Positions 8,231 to 19,481 of a DNA stretch of 32,000 nucleotides are shown here, piece by piece; the first letter of the stretch is position 1; each line of letters begins with the position of its first letter. A model generated the notes under the pieces. It was not told where the DNA came from and searched no databases. It saw only the letters and a program-made list of their open reading frames with translations. The DNA comes from Prochlorococcus marinus subsp. pastoris str. CCMP1986. Lineage in GTDB: Bacteria; Cyanobacteriota; Cyanobacteriia; PCC-6307; Cyanobiaceae. Location: NCBI RefSeq assembly GCF_000011465.1, contig NC_005072.1, positions 30,001-62,000 of the forward strand, read 5' to 3'. The position numbers and the translations under genes were made by a program.

Positions 8231-10021
8231 TTGAAAAATAGTAACTTCAATAATAAGTTCCCCTCTTTTAATAGACAGCCTTTTGTTTTCTATTTAATTA
8301 CTACTTTTACTTTTTTATTAATATTAATTAGATTAATTTTTCTTCAATTATTAAATCATGAGACTTATAAAAAAATGTCTGATGAAAATAGAATTAGGCT
8401 AATTTCTACTCAACCAATTAGAGGGAGGATACTAGATAAAAATGGATTAATATTGGCAGATAGCCGTTTTAAGTACTCTTTAATAATTAAACCTCAATAC
8501 GTCAGCAAAAAAGCATGGCAGAAATATAAATCAAAGATTTCGAAATTATTCAATATTTCATCTGATTCACTTCAAAAGAAATATTCTGATGGTCTAAAAA
8601 ATAAAAATTTTTCAATTACTTTATTAGATGATTTAAAAGTTGATCAAGTTATCAAATTTAAAGAAAATGAAAATATCTTAAATGGCTTAGAGATTTCAAC
8701 AAAAATGATTAGAAATTATCCTTATAAAACTGTTGCTTCTCATGTGATTGGTTATACCCAACCCATTACAGATTCTGAATTTAATATTTTGTCAAAAAAA
8801 GGTTATAAATTCAATGATTTAATAGGAAGAACTGGAATTGAGTTTGTTTATGAAGATCATATAAGAGGAGAATGGGGAGGAGAAATGATTGAAGTGAACT
8901 CTTCCGGTACTTTTACAAAATCTTTAGGTATTAAACCATCAAAACAAGGGAAAGACCTTGAATTGACAATTGATTTGAATTTACAATTAATCGCTGAAGA
9001 AGTGCTTAAAGATAAAAATGGAGGAGCAATAATAGTTATGGATCCTAGAGATGGTGCCATAAGAGCAATGGCTAGTAAACCAACATTTGACTTAAATTTT
9101 TTTTCAAAAGAATTTAAACCAGAAAAAGAATATAATGCTCTGTTCAATTCTCCCGCTAAACCATTATTTAATAGAGCTTTAAATGCATATGATCCAGGAA
9201 GTGTTTGGAAAATTGTAACTGCTTTAGCTGGTTTAGAAAGTGGAAAGTTTCCTCCTGAAACTTCTTTAGAAACTAAACCTTGTATTACATATGGAAGTCA
9301 ATGTTTTAGAGAACATAATGACTTAGGGTTCGGAACAATAGGTTATGAAGATGCTTTGCGAGTTTCAAGTAATACTTTTTTTTATCAAATTGGCTATGGC
9401 GTAGGTGTAGATGAAATTTATAACGTTTCTAAGAAGCTTGGCTTTGCCGCTCTATCTGGAATCGAAATTTCCGAACAAGAAAATGTAGGTTTAGTTGCAA
9501 GTAGTCAATGGGCTAAAAAAGGGAGAGGCTGGGGGGAACCAGGAAGAACTCCTTGGGTTCCAGAAGACATCGCGAGTATGTCTATCGGTCAATTTGTTGT
9601 CCAAGTTACGCCTATTCAAATAGCTCGTGCATATGCAGTAATCGCGAATGGTGGCTATTTAGTAACTCCTCATTTATCTAAAAAAGAAGATCAACTTTTA
9701 ACAAATCAAAAACGTATAAAAATTGATATTGATCCAAATAATCTTCAGCTAGTAAAAAATGGTTTAAGGAAAGTAGTTGAATCTGGAACAGGGGTTTCTA
9801 TCAATTATGGGGTATCTAATCTTCCTCCAGTTTCGGGTAAAACTGGTACTGCTGAAGATGGAGAAGGAGGTTCAGATCATGCATGGTTTGTTTGCTTTAC
9901 TCCTTCAGATAAAAGTGAGTTGTTAATAGTTGCTTTTGCACAAAATACGCCTGGTGGAGGATCTGTACATGCACTACCTATGGCTAGGGAAATTTTAAAA
10001 GTTTGGAATGAAAATAAATAA
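8231..10021 (+). CDS. mrdA: penicillin-binding protein 2 (class B transpeptidase, elongation-type)
   Basis: It has an N-terminal TM anchor, a PBP dimerisation region and a transpeptidase domain with SVWK (SxxK), SSN (SxN) and KTGT (KTG) boxes. The start codon is TTG. Confidence 0.9.
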   Translation: MKNSNFNNKFPSFNRQPFVFYLITTFTFLLILIRLIFLQLLNHETYKKMSDENRIRLISTQPIRGRILDKNGLILADSRFKYSLIIKPQYVSKKAWQKYKSKISKLFNISSDSLQKKYSDGLKNKNFSITLLDDLKVDQVIKFKENENILNGLEISTKMIRNYPYKTVASHVIGYTQPITDSEFNILSKKGYKFNDLIGRTGIEFVYEDHIRGEWGGEMIEVNSSGTFTKSLGIKPSKQGKDLELTIDLNLQLIAEEVLKDKNGGAIIVMDPRDGAIRAMASKPTFDLNFFSKEFKPEKEYNALFNSPAKPLFNRALNAYDPGSVWKIVTALAGLESGKFPPETSLETKPCITYGSQCFREHNDLGFGTIGYEDALRVSSNTFFYQIGYGVGVDEIYNVSKKLGFAALSGIEISEQENVGLVASSQWAKKGRGWGEPGRTPWVPEDIASMSIGQFVVQVTPIQIARAYAVIANGGYLVTPHLSKKEDQLLTNQKRIKIDIDPNNLQLVKNGLRKVVESGTGVSINYGVSNLPPVSGKTGTAEDGEGGSDHAWFVCFTPSDKSELLIVAFAQNTPGGGSVHALPMAREILKVWNENK

Positions 10022-10051
10022 ATATAATTCGTTTAAATTTTTTATAAGAAT

Positions 10052-10576
10052 TTATACTTTTAATTTTTTCATTTGTGATAGTCGTTGAAGTATATCTTCT
10101 ATTGTTTTTATATCCACTGGTTTACTAAATGAAGACAATAGCTGTCTGCCCAAAACTTGACTTCCTAAATGTACTAATTGAATTCTTAATGATGTTAATA
10201 ATTCTAATCCGACTCCACCAGAAAAAGTTGCAATTGCAATTGGCTGACCATTAAATAAATTTCTAAAATCATCTCCTGATACGGACAGCCATGCAATGAG
10301 ATTAGAAAGAATTGGAGGTATCGAACCGTTATATTCAGGAGCACATATAATCCATTTTTCTGTAGCAAAAAGCTTTTCTTTTATTTCAATTATTTCGACA
10401 GGAATATTTTCTTTTTTGTGAATTCGTGGATTGAATAACGGTACATCAAAAGTAGTAAGATCCAAAATTTCAGAATTGAATTTAAGTTCATTACTTTTTT
10501 CTTGAAATTTTTTTGAAAGTTCTAGATTTTTTCCACAACTTGCTGAAATGATTATTAGATCTTTTGAATTAGGCAT
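10052..10576 (-). CDS. NADPH-dependent FMN reductase family flavoprotein
   Basis: It has a flavodoxin-like fold signature, with IIISAS at the N-terminus and APEYNGSIPPILSNLIAW. It lies 18 nt downstream of the second flv gene on the same strand. Confidence 0.8.
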   Translation of the reverse strand: MPNSKDLIIISASCGKNLELSKKFQEKSNELKFNSEILDLTTFDVPLFNPRIHKKENIPVEIIEIKEKLFATEKWIICAPEYNGSIPPILSNLIAWLSVSGDDFRNLFNGQPIAIATFSGGVGLELLTSLRIQLVHLGSQVLGRQLLSSFSKPVDIKTIEDILQRLSQMKKLKV

Positions 10577-10594
10577 AAATAAAAATAATTTTGT

Positions 10595-12397
10595 TTAGTA
10601 GTTGGCTCCACTCTTACGGTGATGAACAGCAGTAAGACTATCGGATTTTAATATGTTGCCGTGTAAAACTTCAGCATATATTACCCAGTGATCTCCGCAT
10701 TCCATTCTTTCTTTTACAGAAGCATCTAACCATGCTAATGACTCAGGAATTATTACTTGATCATTAGGTGTTAATTCAATATCTAATCCCTCAAATCGAT
10801 CTTCCCCTGGTGAGAAAGGTTTTGTAAACCTTTTTAAAGGTTCCCTGAAATCTTTTTCGCTAAGAATATTCAAGGCGAAAGAGTCACCTTTTTGAAGAAG
10901 CGATTCCACTGATCTATCTTTTGCGACTGAAATACTCAATCCAGGAGGAGAAAAACTTGCTTGGCTTACCCAAGATGCAAGCATAGCTCCTTTTACATTA
11001 TTTTCATCTTTCCCTTTTGATGCAGTTAGAACACACAGTGAACCAAGTACTCTTCCTAAAGCTTGCAATGTTGGATCAGTTTTACTGGATATCATTCCGG
11101 TATCTGATTTTCTGATTTTTTGTTTTGCTTTTTTTAAAATTTTTCTTCCAAAATGAGTACCAATTTCTTCTAGTTCTTTAATTTTTGGTTTGTTAGGACT
11201 AAATTTTATTCTTATTGGATCAAAACTAAATGTAAATCCACCATCTTTTAATTTTGTCTCAAGCAAATCTATTGCTTCTCCGCTCCATCCAAAACTACCG
11301 AAGATGCCTACTGGTTTATCTCTATTACCCTCTGATAACAAAGTTCCTAGAGCACTTACTATTGGAGTTGGGGCGTGTCCCCCCAAAGTTGGCGATCCGA
11401 TTAGATATCCATCAGCGTTTTGAATAGATTTTATAAGTTCATCATTAGATGTAAATTCACAATTAATACTTTCAACTTCTACTGAAGTTCTATTTACACC
11501 TTTCGCTAATGCATCACCTATTGAGGCTGTATTGCCATAAGCACTAGCGTATATCAAGACGATTTTAGAATTGTTTGTTGAAAGATTTTCTCCCCATCTA
11601 ATGTAGTCATTTAAAAAGCTTTTTAAGCTGTACTCAATTGCTGGACCGTGAAGTGGAGCAATAGTTTTAATGTCTAATTCAGAAATTTTTTCAGCTATTG
11701 ATACGATTTGATTAGACATTGGTGCCATAAGACAATCATAAAAATGTTTTCTATTAATTTCTGTACTCATTCTGTTGGTTTCTGACCATTCTTCAGATGC
11801 TAAATGTGCAGAAAATATTTTTTCACTTAAAAGTATTTCTTGATTCTCTTCATATATGATTAATCCACCAGGCCACCGGGCAGTTGGTACAGGAATTAGT
11901 TTTAATGAAATATTTTCTAGTTCTAGATAAAGTTCTTTTTTTACGATGTTAATTACAGGTAATTCTCGCTCAATAAAAGTTTTTAAATTTGGATTTTTTT
12001 GATTCCAAAGTTCACTAATAAGCTTAAAACCAGGATTCGAACATGTGAGAGTTAAGTTGCTGAATTGGACACTGATTAACTTTATAGTTTCAATAATTTT
12101 AGGATTTACATGACCAGTAATAATGTTAATTTTGTTGAATTTAAACTCATCATGAAAATTTGAAATTACTTCATTAATTAATTTTGAATATTCTTTTTCA
12201 GGTGGATGAATAATGAAAAAATCATTATAACTTATGATTAAAAAGGTATTAAATGAAGTTCCTTTCTCAAGATTAAATTCGAGCTCAAACCTTTCTTTGT
12301 TTTGATCAAGAAATCTGATGCAAATAAAATTTTCAGTTATTTCAAATATTGATAAGTTTTTATTTTCTAAAAGTGAACTTGTATTAATTACTGACAT
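10595..12397 (-). CDS. flv1: class C flavodiiron protein, Flv1/FlvA-type (non-canonical di-iron site)
   Basis: The domain order is metallo-beta-lactamase-like, then flavodoxin-like, then a C-terminal flavin-reductase domain (...TAVHHRKSGANY). The position of the HxExDH ligand motif reads GHVNPKI, so E, D and H are replaced. Confidence 0.88.
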   Translation of the reverse strand: MSVINTSSLLENKNLSIFEITENFICIRFLDQNKERFELEFNLEKGTSFNTFLIISYNDFFIIHPPEKEYSKLINEVISNFHDEFKFNKINIITGHVNPKIIETIKLISVQFSNLTLTCSNPGFKLISELWNQKNPNLKTFIERELPVINIVKKELYLELENISLKLIPVPTARWPGGLIIYEENQEILLSEKIFSAHLASEEWSETNRMSTEINRKHFYDCLMAPMSNQIVSIAEKISELDIKTIAPLHGPAIEYSLKSFLNDYIRWGENLSTNNSKIVLIYASAYGNTASIGDALAKGVNRTSVEVESINCEFTSNDELIKSIQNADGYLIGSPTLGGHAPTPIVSALGTLLSEGNRDKPVGIFGSFGWSGEAIDLLETKLKDGGFTFSFDPIRIKFSPNKPKIKELEEIGTHFGRKILKKAKQKIRKSDTGMISSKTDPTLQALGRVLGSLCVLTASKGKDENNVKGAMLASWVSQASFSPPGLSISVAKDRSVESLLQKGDSFALNILSEKDFREPLKRFTKPFSPGEDRFEGLDIELTPNDQVIIPESLAWLDASVKERMECGDHWVIYAEVLHGNILKSDSLTAVHHRKSGANY

Positions 12398-12414
12398 CTT
12401 TAAAGATTTATTTT

Positions 12415-14229
12415 TTAGTAGTGATTAGCAACTTTCCTATGATGAACGGCTGTTTTACAGGATAAATCAGAAACGCTTCCATTTTGAACTATACCGTAAA
12501 TAATCCAATGATCTGGAGTCTCTAATCGTGAACTTACTTTACAATCTAAAAATGCGAGAGAATCAGAAAGTACTGGTCCACCATTTGCGATATTGTTTAC
12601 TACATCTACATCAGCAAATCTATCTGCCCCAGGTGCAAATCTTTTTAAAAAATGTCTAAACATTTTTTGATAGTTATCTTCTCGTAAGATATTAACTACA
12701 AAACCTTCTCCAACTTGCATATAAGATTCAATAGCTCTATCTTTTGCTACTGCAACTGTAATGCCTGGCGGACTGAAACTTGCCTGACTAACCCAGCTTG
12801 CTACCATTGCGCTTTGTCTAAAAGTCGAACCTTCTCCTTGGCTAGCTGTAACTACATATAAACCTCCACTTAATCTCCCTAAAGCTTTATCAAGATTTGA
12901 ATCAAGGCTTTTCATTGAAGCAATATTTTTCTTCTTATTAATTAATTGTCCCAAGTCGGTTCCAGCTTCTTCAAATTGTTGATAGATAATAGGATCTGGA
13001 ATATTTTTAACTCTTAGAGGTGAAAAGGCTTCTTTTTGTCCTAATTCTCTCAACTTACTTGCTAATGAGTCTATCGGTTCATCATTTCCTCCAAAAGCAT
13101 CGTAAACTGCCGTAAATTGTTTAGGCTTTAATGCGGCAAAAAGAGTGCCAAGAGACTCTTTTAATTCATTATCAGACGTAACGGGCCAGGTTGGGATTAC
13201 TACGGCTTTAGATTCTGAAATTAAACCTGTTAATTCCTGAGAATCTGAAGATCTTAAATCAATTAATTGAACCTGTGCATCTGCCTTACTTATGCCGTGA
13301 GATATAGCTTGACTTAATCGATCACAATATCCATAATCACTGATGTAGCATACAGATACAAATTCATTGCCTTTACTCTTGTTACTACTCCACTCTGAAT
13401 ACTTTTCTTTCCAAAAATTTACTTGATTATGAAGCAATGGCCCATGACCCACAGCTATAGTTTTAAGTCTAGGTAACTTATCTATTCGTTTGATAGCTTG
13501 TAGAACACTTCGTGCGTTGGGGCCCATAAGGCAATCGTAATAAAAACGAAAATCTTCATAAATTTCTTTTTGATCATTATCAAAAAATTCATCAGAGCAA
13601 TAATGCAATCCAAAAGCATCGCATGTATATAAAACATTTGTACCGTGATCGTAGGAGAAAATGGTATCTGGCCAATGTAAATTTGGTGCACTTATAAATT
13701 CAATATTATGATTTACTCCACTTGTAGGGTTAGCTCCAAGATCTAAATATTGCCCACTTTTTACTTCTAAACTTTTAAATGGAATATGTATTTGATCTTC
13801 AATAAATTTAAGCGCTAATTTTGAACCAACTACTATTATTTGTGGATTAAGAGTTAAGAGTTTTCCAATTAAACCTGAGTGGTCGGGCTCTGTATGACTT
13901 GTAATTAAATAATCAATTTCTTCTGGATTTACTTCTCTAAGTAATTGCTCAAACCATAGTTTTTCAAATTTAGCGTGGCTTGTATCAATTATTGCTATTT
14001 TTTGGCCCTTAATGATAAAACTATTATAAGTAGTTCCATTTCTTAATCCAAATTCAATATCAAACCTACTTCGATCCCAGTCGAGAGATCTAATTGCAAT
14101 TGTGTCATCTGCAAAAACTTTCTGTTGCACAGATAATTTTTGCTCAACTTTATTCATTTCTGAAGAACTTGTTTTTGCAGAAGTTATCATACTATGATTC
14201 TTTTGTATTATGACTTTAGTTAAATACAA
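12415..14229 (-). CDS. flv3: class C flavodiiron protein, Flv3/FlvB-type (canonical di-iron site)
   Basis: It has the same three-domain architecture and a canonical HxExDH motif (SHTEPDHSG). The C-terminus is TAVHHRKVANHY. The true start may be the internal Met at 14190 (MITSAKTSS...). Confidence 0.88.
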   Translation of the reverse strand: MYLTKVIIQKNHSMITSAKTSSSEMNKVEQKLSVQQKVFADDTIAIRSLDWDRSRFDIEFGLRNGTTYNSFIIKGQKIAIIDTSHAKFEKLWFEQLLREVNPEEIDYLITSHTEPDHSGLIGKLLTLNPQIIVVGSKLALKFIEDQIHIPFKSLEVKSGQYLDLGANPTSGVNHNIEFISAPNLHWPDTIFSYDHGTNVLYTCDAFGLHYCSDEFFDNDQKEIYEDFRFYYDCLMGPNARSVLQAIKRIDKLPRLKTIAVGHGPLLHNQVNFWKEKYSEWSSNKSKGNEFVSVCYISDYGYCDRLSQAISHGISKADAQVQLIDLRSSDSQELTGLISESKAVVIPTWPVTSDNELKESLGTLFAALKPKQFTAVYDAFGGNDEPIDSLASKLRELGQKEAFSPLRVKNIPDPIIYQQFEEAGTDLGQLINKKKNIASMKSLDSNLDKALGRLSGGLYVVTASQGEGSTFRQSAMVASWVSQASFSPPGITVAVAKDRAIESYMQVGEGFVVNILREDNYQKMFRHFLKRFAPGADRFADVDVVNNIANGGPVLSDSLAFLDCKVSSRLETPDHWIIYGIVQNGSVSDLSCKTAVHHRKVANHY

Positions 14230-14304
14230 TATAAATCCGCGTGAATCTAAGTGTGGAATTACCGAATTTGTTTTTTTATTACTTCATTATTGATACTGAT
14301 ATAA

Positions 14305-16965
14305 ATGAAATCTCAAACTAAAAACACGCCAATTACAGGTGATGAAATAAGAAAAGAATTTTTAAATTTTTACCATGAAAAATTACATAAAATTATTCCA
14401 AGTGCATCTTTAATTCCTGATGATCCCACAGTTATGCTCACTATCGCTGGAATGCTGCCTTTTAAGCCAGTTTTTTTAGGATTGAAAGAAAGGCCATCAA
14501 AAAGAGCCACATCTAGTCAAAAGTGTATAAGAACAAACGATATTGAAAATGTTGGAGTTACTGCTCGACATCATACCTTCTTCGAGATGCTTGGTAATTT
14601 TTCTTTTGGAGATTATTTTAAGAAAGAGGCTATTGAGTGGGCTTGGGAATTAGTTACTGATATTTACGGACTTTCTGCTGAGAATATAATAGTGAGCGTG
14701 TTTCATGAAGATGATGATTCGGTAAAGATCTGGAAGGAAGATATCGGGATTCATCCAAAAAGGATAATTAAGCTTGGAGAAAAAGATAATTTCTGGTCTT
14801 CAGGAAAAACAGGTCCTTGCGGACCATGTTCAGAATTATATTTTGACTTTAAACCAGAAAAAGGTGTTCAGAATATTGATTTAGAAGATGGTGATCGTTT
14901 TATAGAATTTTATAATCTTGTATTTATGCAATATAACCGTGACCCTGATGGTCAATTGACAGATTTGAAATACAAAAATATTGATACTGGAATGGGGCTT
15001 GAAAGAATGGCTCAAATATTGCAAAAGAAGAAGAATAATTACGAAACAGATTTGATTTTCCCAATTATTCAAAAAGCTTCTGAGATCTCCAAAATTGATT
15101 ATTATTCTTCAGGTGAAAGAACCAAAATCTCTTTAAAAATTATTGGAGATCATATAAGAGCAGTTATACATTTAATTTCTGATGGGGTAATAGCAAGTAA
15201 TCTTGGGAGGGGATACATATTAAGAAGACTGATCCGAAGAATGGTTAGACATGGAAGATTGTTAGGCTTAAAAAATGAATTTTTATCGAAACTTGCAAGT
15301 GTAGGTATTAAATTAATGCAAGAGAATTATCCAGATTTAAAAAATAATTGTGACCATATATTGAGTGAGATAAAAATTGAAGAAATAAGATTTAGAGAAA
15401 CTCTTGAAAGAGGAGAGAAATTACTAGATGAATTGATTTCATCGGGTCAGAAAATGATTACTGGGTTTAAAGCATTTGAACTTTATGATACTTATGGCTT
15501 TCCATTAGAACTAACAGAAGAAATTGCTCAAGAAAACAATATTGGTGTTGATGTTAAGGGGTTTGACAAAGAAATGTCTGCACAAAAAGAAAGAGCCAAA
15601 GCTGCTTCTCAGATCATTGATTTGACATTAGAGGGTTCATTAGAACGCGAAATAGACTTATTTGATAAAACTCTTTTTAATGGTTATGATTCACTCGATT
15701 CAGATGCAGAAATTAAGGGTATATTTTTGGAATCAACCTTGGTTAAGCAAGCAAGTGAAGGGCAGAAAGTTTTAATTGTCCTTGATCAGACTTCTTTCTA
15801 TGGAGAATCTGGAGGTCAAGTTGGTGATATTGGAACGATATTATCGAATGATCTAGAGGTTGTAGTTGATAACGTCATACGAAAGAAAAACGTTTTTCTG
15901 CATTATGGAATAGTTAAAAAAGGGATATTAAGTCTGGGACAAAAAGTTAAAACTAAAGTAAATGATTTGGCTAGAGCTAAGGCTGCGGCAAATCATACTG
16001 CTACCCATTTATTGCAATCTGCTCTAAAAGTAGTTGTTAATGAAAGCGTTGGACAAAAAGGCTCATTAGTCGCATTTAATAAATTACGATTTGATTTCAA
16101 TTCTTCTAAACCTATTACAAAAGATCAAATTTTTAAAGTTGAGACCTTAGTTAATTCTTGGATTTTGGAAAATCATTCTCTTAATATTAAAAATATGGCC
16201 AAGAGTGAGGCTCTCGAGAGAGGTGCAGTGGCTATGTTTGGAGAGAAATATGATGATGAAGTAAGAGTTGTTGATGTGCCAAGTGTTTCGATGGAACTAT
16301 GCGGTGGAACTCATGTAAAAACAACATCTGAATTAGGATGTTTTAAAATAATTAGTGAAGAAGGAATTTCAGCGGGCGTAAGAAGAATTGAAGCATTGTC
16401 AGGGCAATCAGCTTTTGAATACTTTAGTGATAAAAATTCTCTCGTAAGTCAACTATGTGATTTGTTAAAAGCAAATCCTAATCAACTCCTGGATAGGGTT
16501 AATTCTTTGCAATCAGAGTTGATTAATAAAAATAAAGAAATACAAAAAATGAAGGATGAAATTGCTTATTTTAAATACTCTTCTCTAAGTTCTTCTGCAA
16601 ATAAAGTTGGATTATTTTCGCTGATTATTAGTCAACTTGATGGACTAGATGGAAATTCTCTACAATCTGCGGCATTAGATTTAACTTCTAAATTGGGAGA
16701 TAAGTCGGTTGTGATTCTTGGAGGAATACCAGATAAGGAAAATAGAAAATTGTTATTTGTTGTCTCTTTTGGGGAAGACTTAGTTAAAAGAGGTATGCAT
16801 GCAGGGAAATTAATTAATGATATTTCACGTATTTGCTCTGGGGGAGGGGGAGGTAAACCTAATTTTGCACAGGCAGGTGCTAAAGATATTGATAAATTAA
16901 ATGATGCTTTGGAATATGCAAGAAAAGATTTGAGGACAAAGCTCCATAGTTATTCTGATAAGTAA
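14305..16965 (+). CDS. alaS: alanine--tRNA ligase
   Basis: The protein is 886 aa with [15 protein letters not shown], an editing-domain HxxxH (HTATHLL), CGGTH and a C-terminal [13 protein letters not shown] motif. Confidence 0.97.
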   Translation: MKSQTKNTPITGDEIRKEFLNFYHEKLHKIIPSASLIPDDPTVMLTIAGMLPFKPVFLGLKERPSKRATSSQKCIRTNDIENVGVTARHHTFFEMLGNFSFGDYFKKEAIEWAWELVTDIYGLSAENIIVSVFHEDDDSVKIWKEDIGIHPKRIIKLGEKDNFWSSGKTGPCGPCSELYFDFKPEKGVQNIDLEDGDRFIEFYNLVFMQYNRDPDGQLTDLKYKNIDTGMGLERMAQILQKKKNNYETDLIFPIIQKASEISKIDYYSSGERTKISLKIIGDHIRAVIHLISDGVIASNLGRGYILRRLIRRMVRHGRLLGLKNEFLSKLASVGIKLMQENYPDLKNNCDHILSEIKIEEIRFRETLERGEKLLDELISSGQKMITGFKAFELYDTYGFPLELTEEIAQENNIGVDVKGFDKEMSAQKERAKAASQIIDLTLEGSLEREIDLFDKTLFNGYDSLDSDAEIKGIFLESTLVKQASEGQKVLIVLDQTSFYGESGGQVGDIGTILSNDLEVVVDNVIRKKNVFLHYGIVKKGILSLGQKVKTKVNDLARAKAAANHTATHLLQSALKVVVNESVGQKGSLVAFNKLRFDFNSSKPITKDQIFKVETLVNSWILENHSLNIKNMAKSEALERGAVAMFGEKYDDEVRVVDVPSVSMELCGGTHVKTTSELGCFKIISEEGISAGVRRIEALSGQSAFEYFSDKNSLVSQLCDLLKANPNQLLDRVNSLQSELINKNKEIQKMKDEIAYFKYSSLSSSANKVGLFSLIISQLDGLDGNSLQSAALDLTSKLGDKSVVILGGIPDKENRKLLFVVSFGEDLVKRGMHAGKLINDISRICSGGGGGKPNFAQAGAKDIDKLNDALEYARKDLRTKLHSYSDK

Positions 16966-18896
16966 CTACTTTTTCTTAAACTGGTTTCTATCTGGTCGAT
17001 TAACTTTCGTGCCTCTTGAATAGTTAAAGTTTTATTATTGATGGCAGATTCAGTATTGACTCTTATTGATTCAACTAAATTATCTGAACTGTAATCCAAT
17101 AACTCTAAAATTTCTGATTTGCTGTTTTCTTTAATAATGTTTTTAATTTTATAAGAATTATCTTCATTTATATCAATATGAATAACATTTGTATTTCCAA
17201 ATAAATTATGGAAATTCCCTAATGCCTCTTGATATGCCCCTGCCATAAAGATTCCTATTAGATAATCATTATTTTTTTCTGGAGGATGTAAATTTAAAAG
17301 TGATTTAATCTTTCCATTGTCAATAAAATTATTCAGCTTGCCATCAGAATCACAAGTTAAATCTGCAAAGTGTCCCTTACAAAAGGGCTCTTCTAAATGT
17401 CTATGAATTGGAATAATTGGAAAAACTTGATTAATTGCCCAGGTATCAGGAATAGATTTAAAAACTGACAAATTTGCGTAATATGTTGATGCAAGCGTGT
17501 CGGTTATTTCAGACAAATCTGGATGGATAATTTCATTATTCTCCAATTGATTTGCAATCTCTTTTGCACAAGCCCATGTAAGTTCTTCCGCATACGCACG
17601 TTCTTCCAAACAGATAAATCCCAGTCTAAAAGCGACTAAGCAATCCTCTTTAAATTTTTTAGCGTCATTCCATAATTCTATTATTTCAGATAAATCTTCT
17701 TTTTTATCTCTAAGATTTTTTATCTGATTAAGGGTTTCTATCAGATTTGTGATGATTAATGATTGTTTTTTTTGATCGGATACTTTGACTTGAGAGCTGA
17801 CATGACTTGTCCCTAAAATATTAAAAATTAAAACTGAACAATGACTGATTATCGCTCTACCACTTTCTGAGATTATGATTGGATGTTGAATATTATTTAC
17901 TTCACATGAATCTTTAACTGTTGCAATAACGTCATTTGCGTAGTTCTGAAGAGAATAATTTGTCGAAGTATTGGAAGACATTTTAGTTCCGTCGAAGTCT
18001 ATTCCTAAGCCGCCTCCAACATCTATGTATTTCATTGGTGCGCCTAACTTAGATAATTCAACAAATATTTGACTAGCTTCTTGTAATGCGTCTTTTATTA
18101 CTGATATATCACTGATTTGGCTTCCAACATGGAAATGCAGCAACATCATTTCATTTATTAGATTTGCTTCTTTGAGTTCTTTTATTGTTAGCATTATTTC
18201 TGGAATTGATAATCCAAATTTGGAATTATCTCCCACTGATTTACTCCACCTTCCACTACTTTTACTTGATAATTTTGATCTAATTCCAAGTATGGGGGTT
18301 GCTTTGAGATCTTTTACAGCTTCTATAATTCTTTTAACTTCATCTCTTTGTTCGATAACTATAATTGGATGTTTACCAAGTTTTCTGGCTAATATTGCAG
18401 TCTCAATATACTTTTTATCTTTATATCCATTACAAATTAAAAGTGATTTTTGATTTTCTAGGATTGATAACCCAATTAATAATTCTGATTTACTTCCTAC
18501 TTCTAAACCAAAATTCCAACGATCCCCATATTCAATGATTTTTTCCAATACATTTCTTTGCTGATTACATTTAATAGGGAAAACTCCTTTATAAATATTT
18601 TTATAGTCATAAGTTTCTATAGCTTGGGAGAAGGCATTATTTAATTCCGCAATTCGGTCTTTTAAAATGTCGTTGAATCTTATTATTAAGGGAGTATTGA
18701 TTTCTCTACTTTTAAATTCCTTAACAAGTTTAAAAAGATCGATTTTTTTTTGGGATTTGTTATCTGGGCTTATCGATATATTGCCCTCTGAATTAATTGA
18801 AAAATATTTTTCTCCCCATTTATCAATACCATACGTAGAAATACTATCTTCTATGGTCCATTTTTTATTTAACTTTTTTGTATCAAAATCGGTCAA
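16950..18896 (-). CDS. speA: biosynthetic arginine decarboxylase
   Basis: The protein is 648 aa with a PLP-lysine region (FPIKCNQQ), EVGSKSEL and [12 protein letters not shown]. Its 3' end overlaps the alaS 3' end by 16 nt. Confidence 0.95.
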   Translation of the reverse strand: MTDFDTKKLNKKWTIEDSISTYGIDKWGEKYFSINSEGNISISPDNKSQKKIDLFKLVKEFKSREINTPLIIRFNDILKDRIAELNNAFSQAIETYDYKNIYKGVFPIKCNQQRNVLEKIIEYGDRWNFGLEVGSKSELLIGLSILENQKSLLICNGYKDKKYIETAILARKLGKHPIIVIEQRDEVKRIIEAVKDLKATPILGIRSKLSSKSSGRWSKSVGDNSKFGLSIPEIMLTIKELKEANLINEMMLLHFHVGSQISDISVIKDALQEASQIFVELSKLGAPMKYIDVGGGLGIDFDGTKMSSNTSTNYSLQNYANDVIATVKDSCEVNNIQHPIIISESGRAIISHCSVLIFNILGTSHVSSQVKVSDQKKQSLIITNLIETLNQIKNLRDKKEDLSEIIELWNDAKKFKEDCLVAFRLGFICLEERAYAEELTWACAKEIANQLENNEIIHPDLSEITDTLASTYYANLSVFKSIPDTWAINQVFPIIPIHRHLEEPFCKGHFADLTCDSDGKLNNFIDNGKIKSLLNLHPPEKNNDYLIGIFMAGAYQEALGNFHNLFGNTNVIHIDINEDNSYKIKNIIKENSKSEILELLDYSSDNLVESIRVNTESAINNKTLTIQEARKLIDQIETSLRKSSYLSE

Positions 18897-19016
18897 TTTT
18901 ATTTTTGTAATTTATATAAGTTTTTGAAAATTACTTAAACAATATCTTTTATTTTAATGATTACTTGCCAAGTTACCACCTAAAAGAAGAATATACATAA
19001 AGAGATTACTAATTAA

Positions 19017-19475
19017 ATGATCAAAGAGAGAACTTTTCTTGCAATTAAACCAGATGGAGTTCAGAGAGGATATGTTTCAGATATTATTGGAAGGTTTGAG
19101 AAAAAGGGCTTTAAATTGGTAGGTTTAAAACAATTAATTCCAACAAAGCAACTTGCTCAAGACCATTATGGGGTGCATAGAGAGAGACCTTTTTTTAAGG
19201 ATTTAGTCGAATTTATATCAAGTGGGCCTGTGGTTGCGATGATTTGGGAAGGAGAGGGGGTAATCTTAAGCGCAAGAAAATTAATTGGTGCTACAAAACC
19301 ACTTGAGGCTGAACCTGGCACTATAAGAGGAGATTTAGCTATTGATATAGGTAGAAATATAATTCATGGTTCAGATGGAGAAGAAACTGCAAAATTTGAG
19401 ATAAATTTATGGTTTAATCAGGATGAAATATGTGATTGGGAGACTTCTGATTCTGAATGGCGAGCAGAAAATTAA
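19017..19475 (+). CDS. ndk: nucleoside diphosphate kinase
   Basis: It contains [15 protein letters not shown] and the active-site motif NIIHGSD. Confidence 0.97.
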   Translation: MIKERTFLAIKPDGVQRGYVSDIIGRFEKKGFKLVGLKQLIPTKQLAQDHYGVHRERPFFKDLVEFISSGPVVAMIWEGEGVILSARKLIGATKPLEAEPGTIRGDLAIDIGRNIIHGSDGEETAKFEINLWFNQDEICDWETSDSEWRAEN

Positions 19476-19481
19476 AGAAAT

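Noticed and set aside
8857-9147. 96-aa minus-strand ORF
   Set aside because: It lies antisense inside the well-supported PBP2 gene.
11190-11423. 77-aa plus-strand ORF
   Set aside because: It lies antisense inside the Flv1-type gene.
12033-12042. GGATTCGAAC, a tRNA T-arm-like string
   Set aside because: It lies inside the Flv1-type CDS. I could not build a flanking acceptor or anticodon stem, so it is a chance match.
13482-13691. 69-aa minus-strand ORF
   Set aside because: It is an alternative frame on the same strand inside the Flv3-type gene. The main frame carries the conserved domains.
14881-15072. 63-aa minus-strand ORF
   Set aside because: It lies antisense inside alaS.
16840-16853. 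G-rich tract GGGGGAGGGGGAGG in an AT-rich genome (possible G-quadruplex or slippery tract)
   Set aside because: It encodes the conserved C-terminal GGGGG motif of AlaS. There are only three G-runs, and the coding constraint explains it.
18172-18927. Two plus-strand ORFs (18172..18453 and 18667..18927)
   Set aside because: Both lie antisense inside speA. Their Leu/Ile/Ser-rich products are typical of shadow frames.
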